A stretch of DNA of 64,000 nt, from UHGV virus genome UHGV-0125682; one strand, given 5' to 3'. Below are positions 63,281 through 64,000 of the stretch, in pieces. The notes under the pieces were generated by a model. It did no database searches. It saw only the letters and a list, made by a program, of their open reading frames with translations, and was not told the origin of the DNA. The stretch is from a virus. Position 1 is the first letter of the stretch; each line of letters begins with the position of its first letter. A program made the position numbers and the translations under genes.

Positions 63281-63326
63281 GTCCCAATATGGGACAATGT
63301 AAAGCACTTTAGTCCCATGCTGGGAT
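63281..63326. promoter_or_regulatory. Twin palindromic operators upstream of higB
   Basis: GTCCCAATATGGGAC and GTCCCATGCTGGGAT, 31 bp apart. Confidence 0.55.
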
Positions 63327-63395
63327 ATGAATTGAAATCACAATCTCCAGACAATGCACCCTCGATACCTGATAAATCGACCTTTGAGGATGCTT

Positions 63396-64000
63396 ATGGG
63401 CCGTTTTGACGAATGGTTTTCTGACGATGCAAACCTGGCAAGTAAGGAGTCAGAACATGACAGCACGCAGAGAGAAACGCCAGCGCCGATTGAAGCGAAT
63501 GCAGGAGGCGCGCCGGAACATGGCAATACCAGTTCGGATTCATTCAGCATTCTGGAAGAGCAACCCGCCGCCAAAGCTGATAGCCATGATAATTTTGCTG
63601 ATAGCAACGGTGGCCTTACTCCAGATGCTGGCGAATCAGATATAGCCATACTTCCACCTTCCCTGGCTGGCAGAGAACCAACTCCACAGCTAAAAGCACG
63701 CTATAACGGGCATAAAGCCTTTAACGACCAAATCCGCGCAGACTGGATGCTGATTATTGAATCCAGCCCAGACGCGTTTCAGGCTCTCTTATATCGACCA
63801 GATGTTGGCACATATGGGGTAGTCAGCGACGAAACAGGAGAAGAGTCATTCACTGAACTGGATAACAACCAGCGCGAACTGACTTACCAGGAACCTGAAA
63901 TCGTTTATGTGCTGGATAACCCGGACGGGCGTGACTCTTTCCATGCGATTGACGCAGACGGTGAGCAGGATGGCTTAACCGATGATGTTCTGATTCTGCG
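63396..64000 (+). CDS. Hypothetical acidic protein, 3'-partial (runs off window; not in ORF track)
   Basis: ATG at 63396, open for 201 codons to window end; divergent from higB. Confidence 0.5.
   Translation, partial: MGRFDEWFSDDANLASKESEHDSTQRETPAPIEANAGGAPEHGNTSSDSFSILEEQPAAKADSHDNFADSNGGLTPDAGESDIAILPPSLAGREPTPQLKARYNGHKAFNDQIRADWMLIIESSPDAFQALLYRPDVGTYGVVSDETGEESFTELDNNQRELTYQEPEIVYVLDNPDGRDSFHAIDADGEQDGLTDDVLIL

Noticed and set aside
63406-63645. 79-aa ORF in the ORF track
   Set aside because: A longer frame starting at ATG 63396 stays open to the window end and is the more plausible gene; the 79-aa ORF overlaps it out of frame.
1-64000. CRISPR arrays, IS elements or transposases
   Set aside because: No short regularly spaced direct repeats and no transposase-like ORFs seen; the only repeat families are the tail-fibre cassettes and the operator motif.

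Overview
This window reads as a P1-family phage-plasmid segment, most likely phage D6 or a close relative: a Cre-like recombinase sits 150 bp downstream of a 32-bp site identical to the rox sequence as I recall it. All calls rest on reading the sequence and on recalled family motifs and P1 gene order; no database search was run. Main content, left to right: (1) a tail-fibre gene with a multi-cassette inversion system (four ~170-bp repeats, four 26-bp gix/cix-like crossover sites, four alternative C-terminal cassettes, one tail-fibre assembly gene) and a Hin/Gin/Cin-family invertase; (2) a holin/antiholin pair followed by a P1 dar-like anti-restriction operon (hdf, darA, ddrA, ddrB by size and order), with a 2278-aa DarB-like methyltransferase-helicase further right; (3) a RepL-like gene and two icd/antirepressor modules; (4) a structured, ORF-poor island carrying three tRNAs (Arg-TCT, Thr-TGT, Met/Ile2-CAT), a tRNA-like remnant and several unusually long hairpins; (5) pacA/pacB terminase, a putative C1-type repressor, rox and dre; (6) dUTPase and a catalytically degenerate PacB paralogue; (7) phd-doc and higBA toxin-antitoxin pairs and a LexA-boxed humD; (8) a long leftward accessory operon with a lambda-type phosphatase, paralogue families and a nucleoside-deoxyribosyltransferase-like protein; (9) a Ref-like HNH nuclease. 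An 18-bp asymmetric motif (AAATTAGTTTTCTAACAT and its complement) recurs at least 11 times in promoter regions and is probably the operator of this phage's C1-type repressor. The best candidates for something undescribed are the four-cassette tail-fibre shufflon, the dead-ATPase PacB paralogue, the HExxH domain in the DdrB-like protein, the hairpin/tRNA island, two DUF2829-like small proteins and an AT-rich membrane/coiled-coil gene beside higBA. Many ORF-track entries antisense to or nested inside long genes are treated as spurious.
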